Shown: piece by piece, positions 42,227 through 56,250 of the stretch
How the letters are laid out: each line of letters begins with the position of its first letter
Position numbering within the stretch: the first letter of the stretch is position 1
NCBI GenBank assembly: GCA_025456015.1
Contig: JALOLK010000001.1
Span: 22,846-86,845, forward strand
Direction: 5' to 3'
DNA length: 64,000 nucleotides
Source of the DNA: Candidatus Nanopelagicales bacterium
GTDB lineage: Bacteria; Actinomycetota; Actinomycetes; S36-B12; CAIYMF01
Notes under the pieces: generated by a model
What the model was told of the DNA's origin: nothing
The model's database searches: none
What the model saw: the letters and a program-made list of their open reading frames with translations, nothing else
Translations under genes and position numbers: made by a program

Positions 42227-43551
42227 CCTCGACCGGCACGACCCACCTGCTCACCGACGTCCGCCCGCTGGGCGCCGACCCCGTCGACGTGCGGATCGAG
42301 GGCGCGACGATCGTCGCGATCGGCGCCCCCGGGACCCTCGACGCCGACGGGGCGAGGGTGCTCCCCGGTGCCGGCCGGGTCCTGCTGCCGGGCCTGGTCG
42401 ACCTGCACACCCACCTGCGCGAGCCGGGCCGAGAGGACGCCGAGACCGTGGCCACCGGGTCAGCGGCGGCCGCCCGCGGCGGGTTCACGGCAGTGCACGC
42501 CATGGCCAACACCGACCCGGTCGCCGACACCGCGGGCGTGGTCGAGCAGGTGTGGCACCTCGGCCGCGACACCGGCCTGGTCGACGTGTTCCCGGTCGGG
42601 GCCGTGACGGTCGGGCTGCGCGGCGAGCGGCTGGCCGAGCTCGGCGCGATGGCCGACTCGGCCGCTGCGGTGCGGGTCTTCTCCGACGACGGCCGGTGCG
42701 TGTCCGACGCGGTCCTCATGCGCCGGGCGCTGGAGTACGTCAAGGCCTTCGACGGGGTGATCGCCCAGCACGCCCAGGAGCCCCGGCTCACCGCCGACGC
42801 CCAGATGAACGAGGGGGCCCTGTCCGGGCGCCTCGGGCTGCGCGGCTGGCCCGCCGTCGCCGAGGAGGCGATCATCGCCCGCGACGTGCTGCTCGCCGAG
42901 CACGTCGGGTCCCGGCTGCACGTGTGCCACGTCTCGACGGCGGGCTCCGTGGAGATCATCCGGTGGGCGAAGTCCCGCGGCATCGACGTGACCGCCGAGG
43001 TGACCCCCCACCACCTGCTGCTCACCGAGGACCTCGCCGCCTCGTACGACCCGGTCTTCAAGGTGAACCCGCCGCTGCGCCGCGAGCACGACGTGCAGGC
43101 GGTCCGCGAGGCCCTGGCCGACGGCACCATCGACATCGTCGCCACCGACCACGCCCCGCACCCGGTGGAGGACAAGGAGTGCGAGTGGAACGTGGCGGCG
43201 TTCGGCATGCTCGGCCTCGAGCAGGCGCTGGCCGTCGTCATCGAGACCATGGTCGCCCCGGGCCTGCTCGACTGGGCCGGCGTGGCCGACCGGATGGCGA
43301 TCGCCCCGGCGCGGATCGGCCGGCGGGCCGGGCACGGCCGCCCGATCGCGGTGGGGGAGCCGGCCAACCTCGTGCTCGTCGACCCGCAGGCGCGGGGGCC
43401 GGTCGACCCGGCCGCCTCGTCCTCGCGCAGCCGCAACAACCCCTACGCCGGGCGCGACCTGCCCGCCCCGGTGGTCGCGACCTTCCTGCGCGGCCGTCCC
43501 ACCGTGCTCGACGGGTCCCTGGCCGCCCCGCTGGCCGCGAGCCGCCCGTGA
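42223..43551 (+). CDS. pyrC: dihydroorotase
   Basis: 442 aa: [33 protein letters not shown] overlap with pyrB. Confidence 0.95.
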
Positions 43552-44102
43552 GCGCGCTGCTGCCCCTGGCCACCTCGGCGCCGGTGACCCAGTGGGGCCC
43601 GCGGCTGCTGCTCACGCTGGCGACCCTGCTGATCCTGGGCCTGGCGGTCCTGGGCATGTGGCGCGGCTGGCGTGCCCGCGAGGCGCGGCAGGCCGACGTG
43701 CCCGCCCCCACGCCGCCGCCCGCGGACCTCGTCCTGGATCCCGCGGCGGCCGTGCCCGGGCTCTACGTGGCCACCACCACCGCCGGGGACCTGCTCGACC
43801 GCATCGTGGCCCACGGGCTGGGCTACCGGGGCCGGGCCTCGCTGTCGGTCACCGACCGGGGCCTGCTGCTGGACCGGGTGGGCGAGTCACCGCTGTGGAT
43901 CCCGCGCGAGGCGCTGCGCGACGTGCGGCTCGGGTCCGGCCAGGCGCAGAAGGCCTTCGAGGCCGGCGGGCTGATCCTCGTGCAGTGGCAGCTCGGCCCA
44001 CGCGAGGTGGAGACCGGCTTCCGTGCCGACGACGCCGAGCAGCACATCGCCACGGCCACCGCGCTGCGCGCGCTGGTCCCGACCGCGGGAGGCTCCGCAT
44101 GA
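43548..44102 (+). CDS. conserved membrane-anchored protein of actinobacterial pyr operons (Rv1382-position homologue)
   Basis: 184 aa from GTG 43548 (overlaps the pyrC stop). One N-terminal TM helix ([19 protein letters not shown]), then a soluble domain. It occupies the slot between pyrC and carA as in M. tuberculosis (recalled synteny). Confidence 0.7.
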   Translation: MSALLPLATSAPVTQWGPRLLLTLATLLILGLAVLGMWRGWRAREARQADVPAPTPPPADLVLDPAAAVPGLYVATTTAGDLLDRIVAHGLGYRGRASLSVTDRGLLLDRVGESPLWIPREALRDVRLGSGQAQKAFEAGGLILVQWQLGPREVETGFRADDAEQHIATATALRALVPTAGGSA

Positions 44103-45338
44103 TCTCCGGCACACCAGTCGTGGTGGATGGAACCGACCATCCAGTTGTCGATTCCATCCACCACAACCACCGAGCGGAGCCCCAGCCGGCCGTGCTCGTC
44201 CTCGAGGACGGCCGCACGTTCCGCGGCCAGGCCTACGGCGCGGTCGGCACCACGGTGGGGGAGGCGGTGTTCGCCACCGGCATGTCGGGCTACCAGGAGA
44301 CCCTCACCGACCCCTCGTACCACCGCCAGGTGGTCGTGATGACCGCCCCGCACATCGGCAACACCGGGGTCAACGACGAGGACCCGGAGTCCACGCGCAT
44401 CTGGGTCGCCGGCTACGTGGTGCGCGACCCCGCCCGCCGGCCGTCGAACTGGCGCTCGCGCCGCAGCCTCGACGAGGAGCTGGCCCGCCAGGGCATCGTC
44501 GGGATCAGCGGGGTGGACACCCGCGCGATCACCCGGCACCTGCGCGAGCGCGGCGCGATGCGCGCCGGCATCTTCTCCGGGCAGGCGGCGCAGCAGCCGT
44601 TCGCCGAGCTGCACGCCGCGGTGCTGGCCACCCCCCCGATGGCCGGTGCCGACCTCACCGCCGAGGTGAGCACCGGGCAGGAGTACGTCGTCGAGCCCGA
44701 GGGTGAGGTGCTCGGCACCGTGCTCGCCGTGGACCTGGGCATCAAGACCATGACGCCGGTGCGGCTGGCCGAGCGCGGCCTGCGGGTGCACGTGCTGCCC
44801 GCGAGCACCGCGCCCGAGGCGCTCGTCGAGCGGGCGCGCGGGATCGACGGCCCCGTGGGCATCTTCTTCTCCAACGGCCCGGGCGACCCGGCGACCGCCG
44901 ACCACGCCGTGGCCCAGGTGCGCGCCGCGCTGGCCGCCGGAATCCCGACGTTCGGCATCTGCTTCGGCAACCAGGTGCTGGGTCGGGCGCTGGGCTTCGG
45001 CACCTACAAGCTCGGCTACGGCCACCGGGGCATCAACCAGCCGGTCGCCGACCGGGCAACGGGCCGGGTCGAGGTCACCGCGCACAACCACGGGTTCGCC
45101 GTCGACGCCCCGCTGGACCGCATCAGCGACACGCCGTTCGGCCGGGTCGAGGTCAGCCACGTGTGCCTCAACGACGACGTCGTCGAGGGCCTGCGCTGCC
45201 TGGACGTGCCGGCGTTCTCCGTGCAGTACCACCCCGAGGCCGCGGCCGGGCCGCACGACTCGGCGTACCTGTTCGACCGGTTCGCGGCCCTCATGGGCGT
45301 CGCCGCCGAGTCCCAGCCGCTGCCGCAGGAGGCCGCCG

Positions 45339-45355
<17 letters not shown>
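44099..45355 (+). CDS. carA: carbamoyl-phosphate synthase small (glutaminase) subunit; start ambiguous (ATG 44099 or GTG 44192)
   Basis: Conserved sequence begins at [12 protein letters not shown] (about 44192), followed by [37 protein letters not shown] 44099 (ATGA overlap) would add a 31-aa extension that is encoded by the palindrome and not seen in the recalled M. tuberculosis CarA. Confidence 0.9.
44120..44164. repeat. inverted repeat, 13-bp perfect arms plus 4-bp inner stem
   Basis: GTGGTGGATGGAA (44120-44132) and TTCCATCCACCAC (44152-44164), with inner CGAC/GTCG (44134-37 / 44147-50) and a 9-nt loop. Confidence 0.85.
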
Positions 45356-48640
<3,285 letters not shown>

Positions 48641-48641
<1 letters not shown>

Positions 48642-49492
48642 TGGCACCGGTCCAGGTCACCGCCGAGGTCGTCGGGCTGCGCCGGGTCGGCGCCTACCAC
48701 CACCTCACGATGCTCGCGCCGGGCATCCCCGAGGCCACCCGGGCCGGGCACTTCGTGGCGCTGGCCGTCGGCGGGGAGGGCTCGGGCATGCTGCTGCGCC
48801 GGGCATTCTCGATCCATCGGGTGACGCCGGGCGGCGCCGGCACCGTCGAGATCGTGTTCGCCACGCACGGGCAGGGCACCCGATGGCTGGCCGACCGCCG
48901 TCGCGGCGACAAGCTCGACGTGATCGGGCCGCTGGGCCGGCCGTTCACGCTGCCCAAGGAGCCGGTGGCCTGCGTGCTGGTGGCCGGCGGGTACGGCGCG
49001 GCCCCCCTGTTCATGCTCTCCCAGGCGCTGCGCGCCCGGGGGTGCCGCGTCGACATGGTGCTGGGCGCGGCCTCGGAGGACCGGCTGTTCGGGGTGCTCG
49101 AGGCCCGGCGCACGTCGGCCTCGGTGACCGTCACGACCGACGACGGGTCGTCGGGCATCCGCGGCCGGGTCACCGACCCGCTGCCGGAGATCATCCGGGC
49201 CGCCGGCGCCGACGTGGTCTACGCCTGCGGGCCCATGGCCATGCTCGCCGCGGTCGCGGCCGCAGCGGCCGACCAGGGCGCGCACAGCCAGTGCGCGGTC
49301 GAGGAGGCGATGGCCTGCGGCATCGGGGTCTGCATGACCTGCGTGCTGCCCGTGCGCGGCGCTGACGGGGTCACCCGCATGGTGCGCTCCTGCACCGACG
49401 GCCCGGTGTTCCGCGGCAGCGAGGTGCGCTGGGCCGACGTGGGCAGCGTCCCGCCGGACACCCTCGGGGCACCCGTGGCAGGAGGGCACTGA
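48641..49492 (+). CDS. pyrK: dihydroorotate dehydrogenase (class 1B) electron-transfer subunit
   Basis: 283 aa. FAD/NAD-binding ferredoxin-reductase fold (RRAFSI) and C-terminal 2Fe-2S cysteines CAVEEAMACGIGVCMTC...VRSCTDGPVF. TGATG overlap with carB. Confidence 0.88.
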
Positions 49493-50520
49493 TGGGCCCC
49501 GCCACCGCCGCCGGCCCGCGCGCGGTCGACCCGTCCGCGGTCGACCTGTCCACGCGGCTGGGCACGCTGGTCCTGCCGGACCCGGTGCTCACGGCCTCCG
49601 GCTGCGCCGCCGCGGGCCGCGAGCTCGCCCCCTTCGTGGACCTCACCGCCATCGGCGGGGTGGTCACCAAGTCGATCATGCTCGAGCCGCGGTCCGGCCG
49701 GCCCACGCCGCGGATGGCCGAGACCCCGTCGGGCATGCTCAACTCGATCGGGCTGCAGGGCCCGGGCATCGAGGCCTTCGTGGCCAAGGACCTGCACTGG
49801 CTGCGCGAGCACGGCGTGCGCACGATCGTGTCGATCGCCGGCGGCACCGTGCAGGAGTACCAGAAGCTGGCCCAGCGGCTGCGCCACGAGCCGGGCATCG
49901 GCGCCATCGAGGTGAACATCTCCTGCCCCAACGTGGAGTCGCGGGGGCAGGTCTTCGCGTGCGACCCGTTCTCCGCCGCGCAGGTCGTCGAGGTGGTCCG
50001 TCGGCACACCGCGCCCGGGACCCCCGTGCTGGCCAAGCTCAGCCCCGACGTCACCGACATCGTCGCGATCGCGCGCTCGGTCCGGGAGGCCGGCGCCGAC
50101 GGCGTCTCGATGATCAACACCCTGCTCGGCATGGTGATCGACCCGGACACGATGCGCCCGGTGCTCGGCGGGATGACCGGGGGCCTGTCCGGCCCGGCGA
50201 TCCGCCCCGTCGCGGTGCGGGCCGTCTGGCAGGTGCACGCCGCGTTCCCCGACCTGCCGATCCTGGGCATGGGCGGCATCCGCACCGGCCGTGACGCCTT
50301 CGAGTTCCTGCTCGCCGGGGCCAGCGCGGTCTCGGTGGGCACCGTGGTGTTCCACGACCCGCACGCCCTGGCCCGGATCTCCGCGGAGCTGCGCGAGCTC
50401 CTCGCCGCCCGGGGGATCACCCGGCTGGCCGACGTCGTCGGGCTCGGCCACACGATGCAGGCACGCCACGTGGCCGCCCAGGCCACGCGCCGGGCCGCCC
50501 AGGAGGAGGCACTGGCATGA
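49492..50520 (+). CDS. pyrD: dihydroorotate dehydrogenase, class 1B catalytic subunit
   Basis: 342 aa: SGC....[17 protein letters not shown], and NT..G towards the C-terminus. Overlaps the pyrK stop. Confidence 0.92.
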   Translation: MGPATAAGPRAVDPSAVDLSTRLGTLVLPDPVLTASGCAAAGRELAPFVDLTAIGGVVTKSIMLEPRSGRPTPRMAETPSGMLNSIGLQGPGIEAFVAKDLHWLREHGVRTIVSIAGGTVQEYQKLAQRLRHEPGIGAIEVNISCPNVESRGQVFACDPFSAAQVVEVVRRHTAPGTPVLAKLSPDVTDIVAIARSVREAGADGVSMINTLLGMVIDPDTMRPVLGGMTGGLSGPAIRPVAVRAVWQVHAAFPDLPILGMGGIRTGRDAFEFLLAGASAVSVGTVVFHDPHALARISAELRELLAARGITRLADVVGLGHTMQARHVAAQATRRAAQEEALA

Positions 50521-51293
50521 CCGGGAGCACCGGCAGCGGTCCGGGATCGGGCCATCCCGAGGCGCGGACCGCGGCCCACGACGGGCGGGCGCCCATCGCC
50601 GTCGCGCTGGACGCCCCCGACCGGGCCACGGCCCTGGCGTGGGCCATCGCGGTGGCCCCGCACGTGCCCGTGCTCAAGGTCGGGCTGGAGACCTACCTGC
50701 GCGACGGGGCAGGGATCGTCGAGGCGCTCCACGAGGCGGTGCCGACCTGCGGCATCTTCCTGGACCTCAAGCTGCACGACATCCCCAACACCGTGCGCGG
50801 CGCCGCCCGCAGCGTGGGCCACCTGGTGCCCGAGTTCCTCACCGTGCACGCGAGCGGCGGCCCGGCCATGGTGGCCGCAGCCGTCGAGGCGCTGCCGGGG
50901 ACGGCGGTCACGGCCGTCACGGTGCTCACCTCGCTGTCGGCCGAGGACCTCGACCTGATCGGGCTGCGCGGCCCCGCCGAGGAGGCGGTGGTGCGCCTGG
51001 CGACGATGGCCGTCGCGGCCGGTGCCCGGGCGATCGTCTGCTCGCCGCACGAGGTGGCCGCCGTGCGCGCCGCCGTCGCCGACCCGGACATCACCCTCAT
51101 CACCCCGGGGGTGCGGCCCGCCACGGGCGCGGGCAGCGCGCTGGGGGACCAGGCCCGCGTGGCCACCCCGGAGCGGGCCCTGGCCGACGGCGCGGACCTG
51201 CTCGTCATCGGCCGGCCGATCACCGCCGCGGCTGATCCGCGCGCGGCGGCTGCGGCCCTCGGCCGGTCCCTGCACGGGTGGGCCCGGCGATGA
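50517..51293 (+). CDS. pyrF: orotidine 5'-phosphate decarboxylase
   Basis: 258 aa: [30 protein letters not shown] overlap with pyrD. Confidence 0.93.
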   Translation: MTGSTGSGPGSGHPEARTAAHDGRAPIAVALDAPDRATALAWAIAVAPHVPVLKVGLETYLRDGAGIVEALHEAVPTCGIFLDLKLHDIPNTVRGAARSVGHLVPEFLTVHASGGPAMVAAAVEALPGTAVTAVTVLTSLSAEDLDLIGLRGPAEEAVVRLATMAVAAGARAIVCSPHEVAAVRAAVADPDITLITPGVRPATGAGSALGDQARVATPERALADGADLLVIGRPITAAADPRAAAAALGRSLHGWARR

Positions 51294-52165
51294 ACCTGCC
51301 GCCACCGCTGACCGCCGAGGCCCGATCGGCGGCCGCGGCCCGGGGGGTGGCCGCCCGGCAGCTGCGCTCGGGCGTGCGCCTCGCGCTGCGCGACGGCGAC
51401 CTGCGCCTGGCCGAGGTGCTCGCCGACGCCGGCCGCGACGACGACCGGGGCCGTGCCCTGGCCCGCATGAAGGTGGTCGACCTGCTGTCCAGCTTCCGCG
51501 GCATCGGGCCGGTCCGCGCCGCCGCGCTCATGGAGCGCGTCGGCATCGCCGCCAACCGTCGGGTCGGTGGGCTGGGCCACCACCAGGCCGAGGCGCTGCT
51601 CGACGCCCTGGGGGAGGACCGGCCGACCGGGCGCCTCGTGGTGCTCACCGGGCCCTCGGGGGTGGGCAAGGGCACCGTGGTCACCCAGGTGCGCCGGATG
51701 CGTCCCGATGTCTGGATCTCCATCTCGGCCACCACGCGCGCGCCGCGCTCCGGCGAGGTCGACGGGGTGGACTACCTGTTCTGGAGCCGCGAGCACTTCG
51801 CCCGGACCGTCGAGCAGGGCGGGTTCCTCGAGTGGGCGGAGTTCGCGGGCAACCGCTACGGCACGCCGCGCCGGCCCGTCCTGGCCCGCCTGCGGGAGGG
51901 CCAGCCCGTCCTGCTCGAGATCGAGCTGCAGGGGGCCCGCCAGGTGCGCGCGGCCATGCCGAGGGCGTTCATGGTGTTCCTGGCCCCACCGAGCTGGGCC
52001 GATCTCGAGGCACGCCTGCACGGCCGGGGCACCGAGGACGACGCCGCCATCGCCCAGCGCCTGGCCAAGGCCCGCGAGGAGCTCGCGGCGGCCGGGGAGT
52101 TCGACGCGGTGGTCGTCAACGACGACGTCGTCCGGGCCGCGGCCGAGTTGGTAGACTTCCTCTGA
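51290..52165 (+). CDS. single ORF encoding actinobacterial integration host factor (mIHF) fused in frame to guanylate kinase
   Basis: 291 aa. Residues 1-~103 resemble mIHF (...[51 protein letters not shown]). Residues ~108-291 are Gmk ([40 protein letters not shown]). I checked the junction codons 51602-51660 and found no stop codon. The ATG overlaps the pyrF stop. Confidence 0.85.
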   Translation: MNLPPPLTAEARSAAAARGVAARQLRSGVRLALRDGDLRLAEVLADAGRDDDRGRALARMKVVDLLSSFRGIGPVRAAALMERVGIAANRRVGGLGHHQAEALLDALGEDRPTGRLVVLTGPSGVGKGTVVTQVRRMRPDVWISISATTRAPRSGEVDGVDYLFWSREHFARTVEQGGFLEWAEFAGNRYGTPRRPVLARLREGQPVLLEIELQGARQVRAAMPRAFMVFLAPPSWADLEARLHGRGTEDDAAIAQRLAKAREELAAAGEFDAVVVNDDVVRAAAELVDFL

Positions 52166-52246
52166 TCCGCGCCGCGCACCGTCGCGCCGCGCTCCTCGCA
52201 CGTCCCATGCACCTGCCGCATCCCGCGCACCACCAGGAGGGCCGCC

Positions 52247-52552
52247 ATGTCCGGCACCCACACCCGCCCCGAGGGCATCACCTACCCGCCGATCGACGAC
52301 CTCCTCGCCACCACCCCCTCGAAGTACTCGCTGGTCATCGAGGCCGCCAAGCGCGCCCGCCAGATCAACGCGTACTACTCGCAGCTCAGCGAGGGCCTGC
52401 TCGAGTACGTGGGCCCCGTGGTGGAGACCGCGGTGCAGGAGAAGCCGCTGTCGATCGCGCTGCGTGAGATCAACGAGGGCCTGCTCACCGTCGAGGCCAT
52501 CGAGCCCGGCGAGCAGGAGCAGGGCCCGGAGGTCCCTGAGGAGACCTTCTGA
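52247..52552 (+). CDS. rpoZ: DNA-directed RNA polymerase subunit omega
   Basis: 101 aa: [26 protein letters not shown]. Confidence 0.92.
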   Translation: MSGTHTRPEGITYPPIDDLLATTPSKYSLVIEAAKRARQINAYYSQLSEGLLEYVGPVVETAVQEKPLSIALREINEGLLTVEAIEPGEQEQGPEVPEETF

Positions 52553-52599
52553 GCACCGGGGGGTCCGTCGGGTCGACCGGCGCCCGGGCCGCCCGCATC

Positions 52600-53814
52600 G
52601 TGCTGGGCGTCGGGGGTGGCATCGCCGCGTACAAGGCCGCCCACCTGCTGCGCCTGCTCACCGAGGCCGGCCACGAGGTGCGCGTGGTGCCGACCGAGGC
52701 CGCCCTGCAGTTCGTCGGCCGCGCCACCTGGGCCGCCCTGTCCGGGCAGCCCGTGCACACCAGCGTGTGGGACGACGTCGAGGGCGTGGGCCACGTCCGG
52801 GTGGGCAAGACCGCCGACCTCGTCGTCGTCGCCCCGGCGACGGCCGACCTGCTGGCCCGGGCCGTCGCCGGCCGGGCCGACGACCTGCTCACCGCCACCC
52901 TGCTCACGGCCACCTGTCCGGTGCTCATGGTCCCGGCGATGCACACCGAGATGTGGCAGCACCCGGCCACCGTGGCCAACGTCGCCACGCTGCGGGAGCG
53001 CGGCATCCTCGTGCTGGACCCCGCAGTGGGCCGGCTCACCGGGGCCGACACCGGCCCCGGGCGGCTGCCCGAGCCCGAGGCGATCGCGCAGGCGGTGCAC
53101 GCCGCGCTGCACACCGGCGGGCGGCGCGACCTCGCCGGCCTGCGCGTCGTGGTCAGCGCCGGGGGCACCCGCGAGCCCGTGGACCCGGTCCGGTTCCTGG
53201 GCAACCGCTCGAGCGGCCTGCAGGGGTACGCCCTGGCCGCCGCGGCGGCAGCGCGCGGGGCCGAGGTCACCCTGGTCAGCGCGAACGTGGCCCTGGTCGA
53301 TCCGGCCGGGGTGCGGGTGGTGCCCGTGGGCACCGCGCTCGAGCTCGAGGCGGCGGTCGGCGCCGCAGCGGCGGCGGCCGACGTCGTCGTGATGGCCGCC
53401 GCGGTGGCCGACTTCCGGCCGGCCGAGGTGGCCGCCGACAAGATCAAGAAGGGGGCGCAGCAGGAGCCGGCCCCCATCGCCCTGGTCCGCAACCCCGACG
53501 TGCTCGCCGGCCTGGTCGCGGCACGGCGGTCCGGCACGCTGCCCGCCACGACCACGCTGGTCGGCTTCGCCGCCGAGACCGGTGACGCCGACGCCGATGC
53601 GCTGCAGCACGCCCGCGCCAAGCTCGCCAGCAAGGGCGTGGACCTGCTCGTCGCCAACGACGTCGCCGGCGGCGCGGTGTTCGGCCGGGCCGGGACGGTC
53701 GTGCACCTGCTCACGCCGGACGGGGCCGTGGCCGGCCCCATCGCCGGCGCCAAGGCCGAGGTCGCCCACGCCGTGTGGGACCGCGTGGCCGGGCTGCGCG
53801 CCGCCACCACGTAG
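52600..53814 (+). CDS. coaBC: bifunctional phosphopantothenoylcysteine decarboxylase / phosphopantothenate-cysteine ligase
   Basis: 404 aa. GGGIAAYKA at the N-terminus (CoaC) and a CoaB half with ADKIKK. GTG 52600 is the first ATG/GTG/TTG after the in-frame stop at 52537-52539. It truncates the usual first beta-strand, so the start is uncertain (CTG 52549 is possible). Confidence 0.88.
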   Translation: MLGVGGGIAAYKAAHLLRLLTEAGHEVRVVPTEAALQFVGRATWAALSGQPVHTSVWDDVEGVGHVRVGKTADLVVVAPATADLLARAVAGRADDLLTATLLTATCPVLMVPAMHTEMWQHPATVANVATLRERGILVLDPAVGRLTGADTGPGRLPEPEAIAQAVHAALHTGGRRDLAGLRVVVSAGGTREPVDPVRFLGNRSSGLQGYALAAAAAARGAEVTLVSANVALVDPAGVRVVPVGTALELEAAVGAAAAAADVVVMAAAVADFRPAEVAADKIKKGAQQEPAPIALVRNPDVLAGLVAARRSGTLPATTTLVGFAAETGDADADALQHARAKLASKGVDLLVANDVAGGAVFGRAGTVVHLLTPDGAVAGPIAGAKAEVAHAVWDRVAGLRAATT

Positions 53815-53873
53815 ACTGCGCCCACACCCCGGGCCGCTGGTGCCCGATCCCAAACCCTCAGAAGGGCCAGCAC

Positions 53874-55085
53874 ATGTCCTTGCGCCTGTTCACCTCGGAG
53901 TCCGTCACCGAGGGCCACCCCGACAAGATGGCCGACCAGATCAGCGACGCCATCCTCGACGACCTGCTCCGGCAGGACCCCCGCTCGCGGGTCGCGGTCG
54001 AGACCCTGCTCACGACCGGCCAGGTCCACGTCGCGGGGGAGGTGACCACCGAGGGCTACGCCGAGGTCATGGACATCGTGCGCGGCGTGGTGCTCTCGAT
54101 CGGCTACGACCACTCCGAGAAGGGCTTCGACGGCGAGTCCTGCGGCGTGCAGGTCTCCATCGGCCGGCAGTCCTCCGACATCGCCCAGGGCGTCGACGAC
54201 GCCTTCGAGGAGCGGGTGGAGGGCTCGAACGACGCCCTGGACCGGCAGGGCGCCGGCGACCAGGGCCTCATGTTCGGCTACGCCTGCACCGACACCCCCG
54301 AGCTCATGCCCCTGCCGATCCACCTGGCGCACCGGCTCGCCGAGCAGCTCACGCAGGTGCGCAAGTCCGGCCAGCTGCCCTACCTGCGCGCCGACGGCAA
54401 GACCCAGGTGACGATCGGCTACGACGGCAGCGAGGCCGTCACCGTCGACACCATCGTGGTGTCCTCGCAGCACGCCGCCCACGTGGACCTCGACAAGCAG
54501 CTCGCCCCCGAGATCCGCAAGTTCGTGGTCGAGCCGGTGCTCGCGGGCGTGGACCTCGACACGTCCTCGACCCGACTGCTCGTCAACCCCACCGGCCGCT
54601 TCGTGACCGGCGGGCCGATGGGTGACGCGGGCCTGACCGGACGCAAGATCATCGTCGACACCTATGGCGGCTTCGCCCGTCACGGTGGTGGCGCCTTCTC
54701 CGGCAAGGACCCCTCGAAGGTGGACCGCTCCGCCGCGTACGCGATGCGCTGGGTCGCCAAGAACGTGGTCGCTGCGGGCCTGGCCACGCGCTGCGAGGTG
54801 CAGGTCGCCTACGCGATCGGCAAGGCCCACCCGGTGGGCCTGTTCGTCGAGACCTTCGGGACCGGCGTGGTGCCCGACGCGCAGATCCAGGATGCCGTGC
54901 TCGCGGTGTTCGACCTGCGGCCCGGGGCGATCATCCGCGACCTGCAGCTGCTCGACACCAAGCTCGTGCAGTACCGGCCCACGGCGGCGTACGGGCACTT
55001 CGGCCGTGAGTCCTCGGCCGGCTCCACGTTCACCTGGGAGCGGCTGGACCGCGTCGAGGCGCTGCAGTCCGCCTCGGGCATCTGA
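53874..55085 (+). CDS. metK: S-adenosylmethionine synthase
   Basis: 403 aa: [46 protein letters not shown]. Confidence 0.97.
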   Translation: MSLRLFTSESVTEGHPDKMADQISDAILDDLLRQDPRSRVAVETLLTTGQVHVAGEVTTEGYAEVMDIVRGVVLSIGYDHSEKGFDGESCGVQVSIGRQSSDIAQGVDDAFEERVEGSNDALDRQGAGDQGLMFGYACTDTPELMPLPIHLAHRLAEQLTQVRKSGQLPYLRADGKTQVTIGYDGSEAVTVDTIVVSSQHAAHVDLDKQLAPEIRKFVVEPVLAGVDLDTSSTRLLVNPTGRFVTGGPMGDAGLTGRKIIVDTYGGFARHGGGAFSGKDPSKVDRSAAYAMRWVAKNVVAAGLATRCEVQVAYAIGKAHPVGLFVETFGTGVVPDAQIQDAVLAVFDLRPGAIIRDLQLLDTKLVQYRPTAAYGHFGRESSAGSTFTWERLDRVEALQSASGI

Positions 55086-55096
55086 GCCCGCCGCTG

Positions 55097-56005
55097 GTGC
55101 TGCCCGACGGCCTCGCCGCGCAGCCCATCAGCCCCGGCACGATCGACGAGGTCGTCGCGCTGGTGCGTGCCTGCGAGGCCCACGACAGTGGTGCGCCGAT
55201 GTACGAGCGCGCGGACCTCGTCGGGGACCTGAGCCTCGTGGATGCGCAGGCCGCCTCGTGCCTGGTGCGGGACGCCGCGGGCGTCCCGGTGGGCTGGGGG
55301 CTGGTGCTGGGTCGGCGGTGCTTCGCCGACGTGCATCCCACCGCACGAGGCCGGGGCATCGGCGGCGCGCTGGTCACGTGGTCGGTCGCGGTGGCCACGG
55401 CCGCGGGCATCGACCGGATCGGCCAGACCATCGAGGACACCCGGGGCGATGCGGTGGCCCTGCTCCGCTCGCACGGGGCGCGGGCGGTGCGCACCTCGTG
55501 GATCCTGCGCCGGTCCCACGACCCGGCGGGACCCGCCCCGCTGGTGGGGCAGGCGCGCCCGGGGATCGAGGTGCGGGCTGCCCGGGCCGACGAGCAGGAC
55601 CACGCGCTGGACCTGCTCGAGCGCGCCTTCGCGACCTGGCCGGACCGCCCGCCGAGCTCGCGCGCGGCGTGGCGGTCGATGGTGACCGAGCGCGAGGGCT
55701 TCCGGGCCGATGCGCTGCAGGTCGCGGTCGAGGCCGACGGCGTGCTGCTGGGGGCCATGCACCTGATCGACGACGGCAGCGAGCTCTGGGTGGACAAGCT
55801 CGGCGTGGACCCGCCGCACCAGCGTCGCGGGGTGGGCCGGGCCCTGCTCGGGCAGGCGTTCCTGATCGGCCACGCGCGGGGCAGGCCCGCCACCGTGCTC
55901 TCGACGGACTCCAACACCGGTGCGCTGGAGTTCTACGAGGGCCTGGGGATGGTCGTCACGCGGTCGTTCACCCACTGGGCGATCCCACTGCGCCTGCCGG
56001 GCTGA
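55097..56005 (+). CDS. tandem-GNAT N-acetyltransferase (MshD-like two-domain architecture)
   Basis: 302 aa with two acetyl-CoA motif copies: ARGRGIGGALV (N-terminal half) and QRRGVGRALL (C-terminal half). GTG start. Confidence 0.75.
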   Translation: MLPDGLAAQPISPGTIDEVVALVRACEAHDSGAPMYERADLVGDLSLVDAQAASCLVRDAAGVPVGWGLVLGRRCFADVHPTARGRGIGGALVTWSVAVATAAGIDRIGQTIEDTRGDAVALLRSHGARAVRTSWILRRSHDPAGPAPLVGQARPGIEVRAARADEQDHALDLLERAFATWPDRPPSSRAAWRSMVTEREGFRADALQVAVEADGVLLGAMHLIDDGSELWVDKLGVDPPHQRRGVGRALLGQAFLIGHARGRPATVLSTDSNTGALEFYEGLGMVVTRSFTHWAIPLRLPG

Positions 56006-56032
56006 CGCACCGCGCCCGCTTGCCCGGCTGCG

Positions 56033-56090
56033 GTTGCGCCGGGATCGCGCGCCCGCTGGCGCCCCCGGCGGGACTTGCGCCGGGATCGCG
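56033..56090. repeat. 16-nt direct repeat within an imperfect ~41-bp tandem duplication
   Basis: TTGCGCCGGGATCGCG at 56034-56049 and 56075-56090. CGCGCCCGCT also recurs, at 56011 and 56048. The region lies between the GNAT stop and the priA start. Confidence 0.7.
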
Positions 56091-56238
56091 GGTCGTTCGC
56101 GCGAGCAGACTCGACGCAACCACGACAACGGCGAGCAATCCCGGCCGGAATGCGCCGAGGGTCGCCGGCGTCCCCAGGCACCCGGGGCGCGTGGGCCTGG
56201 CCTGTGGATCGGGCGGCGGTGATGTCGGTGCGGTCGGC

Positions 56239-56244
56239 CAGACT
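56239..56244 (+). promoter_or_regulatory. possible -10-like hexamer CAGACT before the priA GTG
   Basis: CAGACTGGGCCCGTG parallels TAGACTGGGCCCATG at the def start (58395-58409). Confidence 0.25.
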
Positions 56245-56250
56245 GGGCCC

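Noticed and set aside
52540-52600. Possible N-terminally longer CoaBC or frameshift at the rpoZ-coaBC junction
   Set aside because: The open frame upstream of GTG 52600 contains no ATG, GTG or TTG (only CTG 52549), and there is no evidence of a disrupted frame. It is left as a start-codon uncertainty, not a pseudogene.
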